DNA of 64,000 nucleotides from Camelus ferus (lineage: Eukaryota): assembly GCF_009834535.1 (NCBI RefSeq), contig NC_045696.1, forward strand, positions 114,826,001-114,890,000, given 5' to 3'. Both the position numbers and the translations under genes were made by a program. Under the pieces are notes generated by a model that did no database searches, was not told where the DNA came from, and saw only the letters and a program-made list of their open reading frames with translations. Each line of letters opens with the position of its first letter. Within the stretch, counting starts at the first letter, position 1. Shown in pieces: positions 24,011 through 38,253 of the stretch.

Positions 24011-25691
24011 TCTCCCTCGCTCCCAGAGGGGCGACTTGAGTCCCCGGGAGACCAGCCTTCCTAGGAGGCGCAGTGCTCAGTCCACTGTCTCCCGAGGGGG
24101 CATCAGACCCAGATGCACTCTATGCCTGATCAGATACGCCTGCACTTTCACATGAGTGCAGCTCAGATTAAGCTAAAGCTTCCCTTGTTATGATTATTTA
24201 AATTTTACTCTGGGTGCTCCTCTTCGCATATTAAATATTTTAAAACCTCTGTGTGGGTTCACAGCAAGCTTGTTTAGCGTGTCTTAACTAGTCCTACTCT
24301 TGTGTCATTTAATGTATGATCAGACAAACTGGGTTAGTGGCCTGAAGGAAGAAATTAAAAATATTTATTTTTTACTTAATACTCAATGCTTAATCCTCAA
24401 AGGTATGTCTTCTATGTAAAGAATTCCTGTTCAGAAGCTAGAGGAGGGAAAAAGAAAGCATGATTTCTCAGTATTAATTGTTGATTTAAGGAAAAAAAGG
24501 GTTTTTTTTTTTTGCCTATTTCATATTTCTGGGGATGTTATTCCAAGCATCTAACACTTGATTTCTTTAAGTAAAATCTAGTATGAACATAACTCTTTCC
24601 TACTGAGGAATGTTTATGTAAATAAAGCAATAAAGCTTTTTTTTTCCCACACTGATCTCCCATAACTTTATGCATTGTCATTATTTATATCTTTGGACCA
24701 TCTCAGTCACAATTTCCAAATACCACATGTCCCTGCAAGCTTGAAGAGCATTGAAGGCTTGCAATGGATCCAAGGGGCGCAGATGGAGTCTTAATGGTCA
24801 AAAGACAAGATGTGCTGTTAAGAATCACATGATATTCTCATTTCGGCAATTCAAAGCAGTCACATACATCTAAAATTTTAAGTTCCATTTTCACAGCAAT
24901 GTTCTTTACTGATGAGATGATCCCTTATTTTAAAAATATGTATGTTTATGTGTGTATATAATGCACACACACACACACAAACACAAATAACTACCAATTA
25001 CTGTGTAGCTTTGAGACGCGTATATGGCCCTGTTTGAACTTGTAGGGAAAGATGGAAATACAAGTATTAGGTAGGGAGGATCTTCCTAGACTAAGACATT
25101 TTTTTTCTGTTGCTACTTTGTTTTCAATTCCTTCTAATCATTCATGGCATTGTTTTATTTACCTCGCCTATTTAATGAACTTCTTGAAAGAAACAAAAGA
25201 GGCAATGTAGGTGGAAGTATTTCCACAATCTCCCTTTCATACAAAAATGTAAATTTTAATTAGTTTTTTTTCCTCTGAAGTATCTCTGAGTTATATGAAC
25301 AAAAAGAGCTCCAAGAATTTAATAGGAACTGAATTCCGTATTAAAACCTAGATGAAAAGCCAAGGGAATAAACTGTGAGGATGTGTGACATTTCTGGAAT
25401 GTTTCACACACAAGGATTAGCCATTGCTCTGCAGTGCTTAGTTACCATCAAAGCCAAAAGATGTGAGACTTAGTCAAGGAGAGAGAGGAGGAGGAGGGTT
25501 GGGACGCCCTTTACACGTGGCCTTAGGAGAAGAGAAGACTCAGGGACAACTGTGGGAAGGAAAGGAGATCAAACAGAGCCCCAGAACTAGCCAGGAAAAT
25601 GTGTCAAAGTGTGTGAAGAATCAGCCTGCATCTGAGATGTGGGCTCAGGCAGTGGAATTAACAGACGCTTGTATTTGGGGGTCTCTCTGTT

Positions 25692-25850
25692 AGCGCTTCC
25701 AATCAGCATCACCTGAATACTTGATAAAACCCAATTCTTGGGAGTCACCCCTAAACTTATTGAACCAGAGACACTGAGGGCAGGCCAAGCAGTCTGTATC
25801 TTAGAGTCCTTTGCATGCTTCTGTGGCAGGCTAGGTTTGAGAATCCCTGC
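25692..25850. mobile_element. MER5-like hAT-Charlie MITE
   Basis: atcagcatcacctg...attcttggg...caccccta...gcagtctgtatctta...gtttgagaatccctgc. Confidence 0.6.
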
Positions 25851-26317
25851 CCTGTGTATTAAGTACCATCTCAGAGACAATGATTTTAAGCCCCCAAAGC
25901 AATCAGAAACAAATCTGAGTATTCGTAGAAAAGCCAAAGGATGGAAGGTGGGTACCAAGTTGGCACTCCTCGGGGTTCGTGTCATCTGCTCTCTCACATT
26001 GTAGCTTGTGTCCATCTGTCTTTAGGAAACAACTCAGTACTTCTCAGAAAAGAGAGTTTGGAAAGTAGCCGTAAATTCCTAAAGTTTTATGGTCATTTCC
26101 AATTAATTACATACCTTCAGAAGGAGACAAATAGTACAGCTGGACTAGATTAAAGTGAGACAAAGGCGTTGGACAAGCCGTGGATAACTGCCACCATGTA
26201 GCTCTTACTTTGCAGAGCCTTCTGGAAGAGTCCACGATCCCACTTCGCCTAGTAAAACTTTCACTTGAATTTTAAAAAGGAGCTTCTTTTTTTTGAAGCT
26301 CAGCTTAGTTTTAATTG

Positions 26318-26320
<3 letters not shown>

Positions 26321-26367
<47 letters not shown>
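26321..26367. repeat. Perfect (AT)n microsatellite
   Basis: Directly visible. Confidence 0.97.
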
Positions 26368-26369
<2 letters not shown>

Positions 26370-27387
26370 TTTTTGGTGTGTAGCCACAGCGATGCCACAA
26401 GGGGGAGTTTTCAATAATTAAATTGTGTCTAATTGTGCTCAGCCCAACCTTCTGCATTTTGAAGGGATTTCCAAGAAGCGACTGAACATACGGTCTACAC
26501 TTTAATAAAGGAAGCTGGGTGGGGTTGAGAAAGTGGGTCTGTCCTTTACTCAACACAGTTAATTGTTTAAAAATGCTGTGTGACAGACTAGAAATAACAC
26601 AGCTTATTTAAGTGGAACCCATTTATGCGGGAGACTTGTCACTGCTTTTGGACTCTGCTCTTTTAGGGCTGGTGAATTTGTACTTAATTGAATTTGATTC
26701 CTCCATCATGCATGGCTGAAGGCAAATTTAAAAAGCACAAATTTTTAACTCAGTAGAGTTTCTTTATATTAGATGGTTTTATATTAAGGTTATTATGCAA
26801 TTGGAATTCTGTTCATGGACCTTAGTCTTAGGTGGTTAGAGCTTAATCATAAGAATAAACTATCATCAAACTATATTTTTATAATAAACAGCCCTAAAAA
26901 CAATTATCACAGAAATAAAATGTTTATTCAATGTCAACGTCAGAAATATTGGTTTTAAATGTCCATTCCTTGGGTCAACCTTCTGTGTGGAAGCCACCAT
27001 TGCCAGCAGTCTTGGGCTACCATTATCCCAACTCCTAGCTCAACAAAAGAGAATATTTCTATCTTGGTTATTATGGTGAAAAGCCTTGTTTATCGCCAAA
27101 TTCTATGGCAAATGCAAGTCTGAGGAAAAATAGGTGTCTGGGTCTGGAGTCAATCCTGACTCTCTGACTGTGGAAGAAATATTTCTTGAGTGGAGGTACC
27201 TGGAAAATTACAATTATAAAGTCTTTATAAGGAATTACAGAAATTTAAAGGATAATAAACATTAACCAAGCTTTTGTACGGACTAAAACTAAAACCCCCT
27301 TTCAAAGATTTCTATAGGAGAATCACATAATCTTTACAAACTCAAAAGAGTACTTCAGCTTGTACTAGATTTTAAAAGTGCCTCTTA

Positions 27388-28267
27388 TTGTGGAGAAAAG
27401 GGAACCCTCCTACACTGCTGGTTGGGAATGCAGTTTGGTGCAGCCACTGTGGAAAACAGTATGGAGATTCCTCAAAAGACTAGGAATAGACTTACCATGT
27501 GACCCAGGAATCCCACTCCTGGGCATATATCCAGAAGGAGCCCTACTTCAAAATGACACCTGCACCCCAATGTTCATAGCAGCAGTATTTACAATAGCCA
27601 AGACATGGAGACAGCCTAAATGTCCATCAACAGATGACTGGATAAAGAAGAAGTGGTATATTTATACAATGGAATACTACTCAGCCATAAAAACCGACAA
27701 CATAACGCCATTTGCAGCAACATGAATGCTCCTGGAGAATGTCATTCTAAGCGAAGTAAGCCAGAAAGAGAAAGAAAAATACCATATGAGATGGCTCATA
27801 TGTGGAATCTAAAAAAACAAAAACAAAAACAAACAAAGCATAAATACAAAACAGAAACAGACTCATAGACATAGAATACAAACTTGTGGTTACCAAGGGG
27901 GCAGGGGGTGGGAAGGGATAGACTGGGATTTCAAAATGTAGGATAGATAAACAAGATTGTACTGTATAGAGTTCATGCATTTATTAGGGGGAGGGGAATC
28001 ATGGCATCTTCGTGGGTCCACAGGTGAGGCAGCTCCACCAAGGCAGACCTAGACTCCAGGTGCTTGTAGGACCAACCCGTGTTTAAGTATTCATTTAAAA
28101 AAAACCATGTCTCCCATTTGTACTTAAGCACTACTCTTCTGCACAGCCGAATACTTGCAATTACATTCTACGTTGGGCATTCTGCTACAGAATAAAATCA
28201 GGACTCAGAAAAAAATAAAATTAAAAGAAAAGAAAAGAAAAGAAAAGAAAAGAAAAGAAAAGAAAAG
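27388..28267 (+). mobile_element. Relatively young L1 3' fragment with captured 3' sequence and (GAAAA)n tail
   Basis: ORF2 C-terminus ([17 protein letters not shown]...CTPMFIAAVFTIAKTWRQPKCPSTDDWIKK) and 3'UTR to about 27969; non-L1 sequence to 28208 with AATAAA at 28191-28196; TSD aaaagt(g/c)cctctta at 27374-27387 and 28268-28281. Confidence 0.88.
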
Positions 28268-28902
28268 AAAAGTCCCTCTTAGAACATCAGGTTGTAGCCT
28301 CAGTTTTATATACCTTGTAGGCAGGAGTTGGCTGATTATTTGGATTTTAAATAATTTGAACCTTTGCTAAGAAAATTAATTTTTCAGCACAGAAACGTTT
28401 TATTGCCTGTTGTCCTTTTATAAGTTTAGATTTTAATATTCAGCACTTAGAAGGTTTTTTAAATTATAAATGAGTACTCCACTCGTAGGTGGCATTGGTT
28501 TTCAATTTCATATTATTCCTCAAAAAAGAAAAAAAATCATCAGAATCTGCAACATCCTGACCCTTTTCGAAAATTGCATCCAAAACTCTTATTGAGTACT
28601 TGAGTAACGAATTTGTTTTCTATTAGTATAAACATTAGTTTACTCTCAGTAACAGTTTTTTTTTTAAGTTTCATTGTTATTGATCTGGGTTTATTTTAAA
28701 ATGGGAACCTTAAAAAAATACATTACTTGAAAATAAAGTTAATTTTATTTTAAGAGATATCCTAACAGAGAAACTATAGCATTTTAGAGACTAATCATGT
28801 CTAAATGATTACTCTTTTTAAAGACTTGAAAGGAAATGTGTATTCCAAATAAAATTACATTCCCCATGACAGCAATAGTTTTAAAGAAGTTTTCTTTTTA
28901 TT

Positions 28903-28905
<3 letters not shown>

Positions 28906-28938
<33 letters not shown>
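28906..28938. repeat. (CA)n microsatellite
   Basis: Directly visible. Confidence 0.95.
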
Positions 28939-28941
<3 letters not shown>

Positions 28942-29042
28942 TCTGTCCTATGATAATTTTTTGTTTGAGGAGAAGTAGAGGATAATTTTACAGTAACCCT
29001 CTGCTACCTCAGTTTACTTACTATTTTTATCAATATGGGTGC

Positions 29043-29680
29043 TGTATTATCAGAACTTTTAGATGCAAATGTAAAAAAATCAAATTGACAACTTAAAAAT
29101 TGAGTTTATTGGCTCAATAATTAGAGTCACGGGTGGAGGTCAGAAACTGGACTATGCCTGGCTTTGAGCACAGCGATGTTTAGTAGCATGACCTCTGTTG
29201 TCACCCTGTCCTGGTTCCACTACTTACTAGCTCTATGATATTACAAATATTACTTAAAGTCCTTTAGCCTCCACCGTGTAATGTGTATAATAATGTTCCT
29301 TTTTCAGTGTTGTAGTGATTGACTGAGCCCTGATACACAGAGTGCGTGCAGTATTACCATCCACCTTCCCTTTCCAAATCCCCACTCTTCAAGGGAGCTT
29401 TCCTCTCTACTGACGCCATTTTTACCAGTAGCTTTAGGTTTCAGCAAAAGAACTATTTTTTTCCTAGTTACTACAGCAAAAGCTTTGGGTTGTGGTCAGT
29501 CCCTGTGGCCAAGAACCATATGTTCTTCTCTGATAAGCCAAGTGTGGGTCACATCACTCCCCTGAGGACTGACATCAATCTCACTCAGAGTCAGAAGGGA
29601 TGGTTTTCCAAGAAAAATTGAGGTCCTCTTATCAGAAGATAAGGAATTAGATTTGGGCAGGCAAAAACAACAGCTGTTTA
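29043..29680 (-). mobile_element. Old MaLR LTR (MLT1K/L-like) with an internal MIR-like segment at about 29175-29350
   Basis: tgtattatcagaactttt...gatgcaaatg...tttattggctca; ends tttccaagaaaaattgagg...tgggcaggcaaaaacaacag. Confidence 0.5.
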
Positions 29681-29934
29681 TTTTTAAAGTTTGTTGATTT
29701 TAGGACTTTAGCTACATCCTTATGTTTGTTCTAAGTTGTTCGGTGTCTTCCTAACTACAAGCATTTATAGAATGGCAGTTGGAATAGTTAGTACTATAAC
29801 TTTAGTTTACTAACCCTAAATGCAATATCAGGTTCAAAAACAACTAGCATGTAGCTTTTGGTTACCAAAATTTTTGTCTCACCTGAAGAGCTTACTCTAT
29901 TAATTTTCTGTTTTATCTCCCATTAATAGTTAAA

Positions 29935-30050
29935 AATCGTATTGTACAACATGGAGAATATAACCAGTATTTTTCAATAACTGTAAATGGAAAGTAACCT
30001 TTCAGATTTGTATAAAAGTAAAAATTTTTAAAGCTAAAAACAAAACAATC
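29935..30050 (+). mobile_element. Short L1 3' terminus with A-rich tail
   Basis: gtattgtacaacatggagaatataaccagtattt...aataactgtaaatggaaagtaacctt...tgtataaaa. Confidence 0.7.
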
Positions 30051-33000
30051 TCTTGAAAATAATAAACCAACCTCCCCCCCAAAAAATACAACAAAACAAA
30101 AATCTTCACATAATTTGCATAACAATTTAGGGGAACTTCTAGACATATTGGCTTACTTTTTACTTTATTTTTGTAAGATAATCATTGAAGTGTATTATTT
30201 TGGTCTGCTCTGAAATCTAGTGTTTTATTCATCTAAATTATTTTGTGAAGATGTTTTTCAAAGATGCACAGATTTTTCGGTTTACAATCTCAGGAGAACC
30301 AGAATGTCAGAATCAATGTCTAAATGTTATTATTAAAAACATCTTATATAAGGTGGTAATTCACTTATTCAACAACTCTTATAGAGAACTTCTTTTTTTT
30401 TCCAGGCAGAACTCTTTGCCTTCATGACTTTATAATTTAGCAAGTAGAGACATTCAACAAAAAGGGACACCATAACATAGTAAATTACTTTGTAATAATA
30501 CAGTGCCAGCATAGTATAAGGTTGTATGGGGACTATGTAGATTTTGTTTTAGCTGCTCAACATGATTTATTGCAGTCTCAAGCTTTAGGAAAAAGGGGAA
30601 AGACACACAGAAAATTTTATTCTGTCGAACCCATTGTTGTAGCCTTTGGCTTACAATGGTTATGATATTAATGGAGAACACCTATGGAGTGCTTGTACTT
30701 TTAGCTAGCGTAATTAAATAATAGGAAATAAAATAATTCTAATAGGAACTATTTATCGAATAGCATTGTATATTTCTATTAAATGAAACATTGTAGAAAT
30801 GTTAAGTCAAATCTTATAAGTAAAAAAAATTGATCTTTTCTGCTTTTTTAGTAGACCAGATAGTTCCCCTCTCAGGCTAATTAATCTTTTCCTTGAATGC
30901 TTGTGGGACTCCCTTTTTCATTGTGCTTGTTGTGGCTAACACAATTCCTTTGTTTTGAGTCAGGTGCATTTGTCATGGTAATGAGTCCTCGCTGTTCCAT
31001 TCTCCCTTCACTGAATAGCCAGACTCTTTAGACACAGGCTTTTATCATTACATCCCTTTTGCTCTAAGATCCATGGTAACTTTGTCGTTTACCCCAGCTG
31101 GGATGGGGGAAACCATGATCTTCTGCTTCGTGGGGAAGAAAGCTTCCTTCTCTCTAATCCCTAACTACTTGGAGGTTATGCCCCTCCAACTCCCGTAATG
31201 ACTTGCACATGTTAGTGGACACTGTGGTCAGTGGCTAAGACACAGTGTTCCTTGTTGAGGAACCACTGGCCTCTAAACACTGTGGTTAGGCTCTCTAGCA
31301 CTCTGGATCATTATTCTCTGGTCAAAATGCAGAATGGCTGAATCTTTACTCCTATGTATGTGTTCTTCATGTCTGAGCTTTTCCCTGCCAACTTCATCCC
31401 CAACCAATCAAAGCTAGTTCCTGAAACTCAAAACCCAGAAATTGTGTTTATTTATTCTTTGTATCTTGTTGGGCTGTCTCTTCCTGTAGACATAAATCTG
31501 GGGATGTCACATGGGAGGAGAGCTAAGGGTTGGAGGATGCATCCAGAAAAGAAGCCTCGAATAATATTTTGAAAACAGTATTCTGCCATGTGCTTACGGC
31601 CAGCTTCCCTGCAAGAGACTTGAGTTCCCTCCACAGGTGAAGAGTCTGTCTAATGAGAAGAGAGAGCGTGAGGTGGTTCAGAGCAGGGGTTTAAAGACAG
31701 GGGAACTTAAATTCAAGTAAGGGTCTGCCTGCAAGCTGTGTAGGGTTGCACATATTAGTTTCTTGGTCTCTGTATGTTCAACATTAGACTTAGGAAATTA
31801 TAGCCATATTTTATGATTGTGAAGAATAGAGAAAAATATAGAAAGAATGAAATGCAATATTCACTCAGCTGAAAACACATTATAGTAATATTCACAGACA
31901 ACTCTCTAGTAATAACTCATTCTTAGAGTTAGCTCTCCTAATTATGGTTATTTTTAAAACAAGGAAGTATTGATGTTTCTAAACATTTTACATTTTGTAT
32001 CAAGCAACCTAACTCAACCAAAGTTTCACAAACCAAGTTGTAATAAAGTTATAAATGATCATTAAGACTTTAATGTTTAAAATATAACCTAACAGTAACT
32101 CGATTTTGTTAATTTTCAAGTCCTCTTCATATGAATATTGACTTGTGCCCTTTTTTAGTTGAATTATATATGTATAATATATATATATAAAATAAAACCA
32201 CAGAAAGTATTTTGAGTACTGTTGATCTGTATGCAGTATTGGTGATATCAACTAATTAAGACTACCTTAAATTCACTATCATATTCACTAAAAATGTAAA
32301 TATTCGAAAAGAGTTCTTGAAATGTATAAATTGCTATACCTTTAAATGATTTAAAGATATATTTATCACATAAGCATGGTCTCTGTTTTTGAAATCCTGG
32401 TTCTGTAGTTACTCTTTGTGAAATTACAACTGCTCAATTTTAACTAAAAATTGAATCTTGAATAATCATTAAATTCCATGCAGATATTGTTTATCACGTA
32501 CGCTTCCACACTTAAAAAACGTCAGATAATGATGATCTTCCAAGCAACATTTTACTCTTTAATCAGTCTTTCTATGAAATGCTAATCTGGGAAAACAAAG
32601 AAGGATAAAAATAATGTAGCTGATAATATTTATTTTGAGCCCCTGTTCTTAAAAAAAAAAGTGTTTTAAAAATTTCCTGAGAAACTAATATTAAAAAAAA
32701 ATAGTGATAGTATTTGTAGAGAAGTAAAGAGTTTAGTAGTTAAAATATTATATGAACTTAGGGTCAGAAACTTTTACTGACCTGAAAGATAAACATCAAC
32801 TCCAAATGAAATTCAATTACTAGATCACAACTTTAATAAAATTATTTAATGAAGAAGAACATGATCTTGGTAAGAATTTTTGAGGAAGTAATTTATTAAT
32901 CACACATGTGGACGTTCATTACATTATTGTTAGTAACAGTATAAAAGCTTAATAAATCTAAATGTCCATAATGAGAGAAATATTTAAAGACAAGTCAGAA

Positions 33001-34389
33001 GAATGTGCATTACGTGATCCCAGTATACCAAAGAGAACAAATTGCCTGCCAGTGTGAGTGTGTAAATGGGTAGAAATCCATCTGGTATGCACGTAGGCAA
33101 TAGTTACAGGTGCTACTTTGGGGAAGCACAGAGGCTTGGGGTGTGATGCAAAGGTCTTTTGCTTTGTATTTATTGTTTTAACTTTAATGCATCTGTAAGA
33201 TGCATGATTTAATGGAATCTCTTGCTCTCTCTCTATAAATATTTCATTATCAGTGTTATCATTCATGACCTCAGAAGGTACAAATGACACACTCTAAAGA
33301 GTGGACCGTGAAAAGGGAAAACTGGGGATGTACAGTGAGCAATTACCACTGCTATTCCCGAAGGAGTGAGGGCAGAGAGCTCTTTGGAACCCAGGGCAGG
33401 GAAAAGCCTGTGGAGAAAGCTGTTCTGAATGTTGTACCCGCAGGCCTGGAGACACAGCTCGACCCACGTGACCCACAGGGCAGGAGCTGGGAAATGAAAT
33501 AGCACAGTACCACTGAGCTCCTGATCTCATTCATCCTTCCTGCTCCCAGCTCCTCTGGGGCTCTTGAAACTGCCAGGAAACAAGGAAGGCCACTGATAAA
33601 TTCTTTACAGATGAATTTCTCTGGTTGGAGACCAAGATCAAGAAGGATAGAAAGAAGACCTATAGGATCAAACAAACACTATCAATAAAATTCAAATAAA
33701 TAAATATTTATACATGCACATGCAGAATCAAATTAATTTTATAGGTATATTTCATTCATAACTTCAGCATAACTGCCCCAATTTGTGGTCTGATTTGGTT
33801 TTCCACGTTAGTCTTTATTGTACATCATCAATTTAAATTTGGCCCTTCTCAGACTTGAAGGAAAATCGCTCTGGAGATTTTTAAAAAAAAAAAAATTGAA
33901 TTTGAAGTGAAACCCAAAGAATCAAATTCATTATACAAATAAGTTCCTAATGAAATCCTACATAAAACAAAATAAAACTAGTGAAAATGCCTAATAAAAA
34001 ACCAAAACTTAGGTTTGTTTAGTTAAAAAGCTAGTGAAAAAAAAAAATCCCCCCAAAACATAACAGAAAAACAAAACAAATGAACGACCAAAAAAATTTC
34101 CCACAATAATACTGTGGGCTAAACATTTTACTAAAAATAGAGACATCTCCTAGGGCAGGCTTGGATGTTTTCCAAGGTTCTTTCAAGCCCCATGTCTTTT
34201 TGTGCCTGAGAATTTTCAGTTACTCTGGATCAGCTGTCAACCTGATGATGCTTTTTCACCATCTGTAAAACTCATTATTGTTTACCCACGAATTATGTGG
34301 ATAGACGCTGACATTCAGTCACCCAGCGTCTTACGATCTGTACCTGTTTAAGAAGCAATAAAATACCACAAGTCAAAGAGTACCAGCTT

Positions 34390-34570
34390 TGGGAATAAAG
34401 AGACCTGAGCTTGACTTGGCTAATTGTGTGTCCTTGGTCAAAGCATTTACTATCTCTAAGTCTTAGTTTCCTCAACTATAAAAGTGAGGGGTGAATAACA
34501 ACTGCTTGGTTCACTGTAAATTCACTGAGATAACACGTAATGAGCGTTGGTGCATAATGTTTGTTCAACA
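34390..34570 (+). mobile_element. MIR remnant
   Basis: agacctgagcttga...tgtgtgtccttggtcaa...tctctaagtcttagtttcctcaactataaaa. Confidence 0.7.
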
Positions 34571-36232
34571 CAGGTAACACCTCTTCCCTGGGTGCGCTGC
34601 CCCTTCTCCTGCCTACCCCCAGGCAGCGCTTTCTAGTCTTCATCCGATCCTTGCCTCCAAGAAGTGAACAGCAGACAAATAAACTGTCGCTACTCTCACC
34701 ACGGAGGCTCTGGAGGTCTAAGATTCACTAGGCTGAGTTTTAAGCATTTTCTCCTTTCCATGACAATGCTCTCCTCCATCAGTGCAAATCCTTGAGAAAT
34801 GGCCTCCTTAATCTCATAAAGTTCAGCAAAATGTAAAAAGTAACCAGGATTCCTGCTTTGCCTTTAACCAAGATGTAAACAAATCAAGATTTAGAACGGA
34901 TGGGCGGGGAACCAATTCAAAGTATGTATTTTTAAATAATAAACTTATTCTTTTGTGGTGTCTTTTTTGCTCAGCGCAGCGAGATGATTTCAAGAGAAAG
35001 CAAATAGAGTCTTTAAGATCTGGTCTGCCAGTGATTTGTTTTTATTAATAACAAAATATTGCTTTGGGACTGTTAGACTGTTTACATTTATATATACAGC
35101 ATCCAAAGAGATTTTTTGTTTTTTTGGTGAAGTTTTTAAAAGTTTCTTTATAAACCTCTGCTATATAAACCTCTCTTGTTTTAAATAATGAAATGTGTTG
35201 CTCTTTAAATATTTGGCTTCTAAATACATTACAGTACATCTCTTAATCTCTGAGTATTTATTGTATGTGAAATTGATTAGGGCTTAAATCTCAGTGGTTT
35301 CATACAATTTGTATTTAAGCTCAGCAATTATATGAACTTCAATGTACTTTCAGCAGCCCCCAAATATGAATGATTAAAGAAATAGAGTCCCATTAGTCCT
35401 TGGATAAAAATGCAAACAACTCTAGCACAACCTTCTCCTAACTTTACCCTTCAAGAAAATAATTTTAGAAATGGCAACATCCAGAGGGTGTATATTAACT
35501 CAAATTTCCTACAGATTTATCAACTTTATTTTGTTTTTCCATATGCATTTTAATATTTTTTGTTTTGAAATAATTAAAGAGCATAAGATGTTGCAAAAAT
35601 AGTACAGAGAATTTTTAAGACATTTACTCAGCTCTTTCCCAATGATAATATCTTAGACAACCACCATACTTTATGAAACTATTGTTAAATGATTATAGAC
35701 TATAAGACTGTTCAGATTATACCAGTTTTTACATGCGCTGTTCTCCTGTTGTTTTGTATGAAATGTTATCACGTGGATAGAGTCGTATAACCACCACCAC
35801 AAGCCAGATACAGAAATGTTCTATGACCATAAAGAAACTCCCAGCCTCCCCATAATTCTAGTCTCTACCCTCTTTCCCCAGCAACTGATCTATTCTCCAT
35901 AGCTATACTTTTGTTATTTCAAGAATGTTATAAAAATGGAATAATATAGTATATAACCTTTTCAGGTTTTTTTATGCAGCATAATGAATTTGAGATTGAG
36001 TGTTACACTAACCAAGTTATGTGTTTCAATAACCCATTCCCTTTTATTGCTGAATAATATTCTAGTGAGTCAGTGCACTCCTGTTTGTTCAGTCATTCAC
36101 CAGTTGAAAAACACTTGGCTACTGTAAATAAAGCTTCTATGAACATTCATGTACAGGTTTTTGCATAGACATAAGTTTTCACTTCTTGAGGATAAATACC
36201 CAGGAGTGCAAATGCTGAGTTGTTTGGTAATA

Positions 36233-36451
36233 CAGTTGACCCTTGAACAACACTGCATGTTTGTTTGACTGCATGGGTCCACTTATATGTAGATTTTTTC
36301 CAATAAATATACAGTTGGCCCACCCTGTGTACCATAATTGTGGAGCCTGCGGATATGGAGAACTGACCCTAAGGGCCTTGAGTCTGTATGGAATTCTGTA
36401 TCCGTGGGCGTCCTGGAACCAATCCCCCACAGATACTGACGGATGTCCTTG
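36233..36451 (-). mobile_element. MER8-like Tigger MITE nested in L1
   Basis: ta|cagttgacccttgaacaacac...gggtccacttatatgtagatttttt...gtcctggaaccaatcccccacagatactga. Confidence 0.8.
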
Positions 36452-37765
36452 TGTGTATAATTTTATTTAAAAACTGCTCCATCGATTCCCAGAGTGGCTA
36501 TACTATGACATATTCTCCTATTAGTTTTGTAGTGTTACGTTTTGCATTAAGAGTTCTGATCCATTTCCAGCTAATGTTTGTGTAAGATGTCAGGTTGAGG
36601 TTGAGGTTGTTATTTTTGCTGTTGTTGTTTTGCGTATGGATGGCCAGTTGTTCCAACACTATTTGTTGAGCAGCTAACCATTATTTATGTTTTTTTACCT
36701 TTGTCAATCAATTGGCTGCACTCCTGTGGGTCTACTTCTAGACTCTGTATTTTATTATTTTTTGATCTATGTGTATATTCCTTTGCCATTACCAGTGTCC
36801 CAATTACTGTAGCTCCATAGTAAGTCTTAGTATTGGGTAATGTGGTGACTTAAAGTTTATTTTATTTCAGAATAGCTTTAGTAATGATAACTCTTGAGTT
36901 CATTTCCCTCTAAACAGTAGAGTCAGCTTATCTATATCTGCAGAAATCTTGCTAGGATTTTGATAGGAGTGCTTTGAACCTAGAGATCAATTTGGAGAGA
37001 TTTGACATCTTTACTATATGGAGACTTCCATGCCATGAGCATGGTGTGTCTCTCCATTTTTTTATTTACTTAGATCTTTGTAGTTTCATCAGATACATTC
37101 TATATATGTTTCATTAGATTTATAATTAAGTATAATTTTGGGAACTATCATAGATTTCATTTAAAATTTCTGTTTTCAATTGTTCATTGCTTGTATATAA
37201 AAATAAGATTGATGTGTATGTGCACATGTGTTTATGTGTGTATCAACCTTACTAAACTTTCTTATTAGTTCTAGGATTTTTCTGGTATATTACTTGAAAA
37301 TTTCTATATAACTAATTATATCATCTGCAAATAGGCAAGATTTTATTTCTTCCTTTTGGCTCTGTATACATTTTACTTATTTTTCTTGCTTTGTTACTTT
37401 GGCTAAGATTTACAATATGATATTGAATAGGAAGGGGAAGAGTGCCTATTCAAATATTTTCATTCTGTTTAAGATTTTTACTATGATTCCCTATTATCAG
37501 GGATTATGATTTGTATTATTTTTAATTAATTTCAATTTGTTCAGGTTTGTTTTATGGACCAAGATGTTTTATGGACTATACAAAAATTTTGCTTTACATA
37601 TTTTGAAACTCTATTTTTGGATGCATAGCTATTTAGCTTTGTTATATCTTCTTGGTGAATTGGCCCTTGGTGATTTTCTTTGTTATGGATTTTATGTTGT
37701 CTAATATTACCATGGCATTCTAGCTTTCTTTGATCAGTGTTTATATGTAATTTCTTTTTCTATTC

Positions 37766-38253
37766 TTTTTTTTTCTCTTTCTAGCTTTAATGAGATGTAA
37801 TTAACACATAATATTGTGTAAGTTTAAGGTATACAATGTGATAATTTGGTATATGTATATACTGCAAAGTGATTCTCACTAAAAGGCTGGTTAACACTTT
37901 TATCACTTCACATAAGTACCATCTTTGTGGTTTTCTGCTCTCTTAGCAACTGTCATGTATGTATTGATAACCATAGTCACCAAGCTATACATTAAATCCT
38001 CAAACTTATTCATCTTATAACTGAAAGTGTCTGCCCTTTGACCAGCATCCCCCAGCTCCAGGCAACCGTCACTCATCTATTTTTATGAGTCTGACTTTTT
38101 TAGATTCCCCATATAAATGAGACCACACATATTTGTCTTTCCCTGTGTGATTTATTTCACTTAGCAGAATGCATTTACTGTCCACCCATTTTGTCACAAA
38201 TGGCAAGATTTGTTTATTTTTATGACTGAATAATATTCCATTGTGTATAAATA
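37766..38253 (-). mobile_element. L1 (L1MA-like) 3' end nested in an older L1
   Basis: T-run, tgtaagtttaaggtatacaatgtga...acttattcatcttataactgaaagt...ttttagattcccatataaatgag...taatattccattgtgtata. Confidence 0.85.

Noticed and set aside
26281..26300. Short hairpins (agcttc-T8-gaagct; also near 42804, 44810 and 47222)
   Set aside because: Stems of 6-7 bp are expected by chance; no miRNA-length stem or ncRNA motif.
27378..27725. 115-aa ORF (also 11808..12056, 22996..23250, 46643..46879)
   Set aside because: Fragments of L1 ORF2 in truncated copies, not host genes or an intact retrotransposon.
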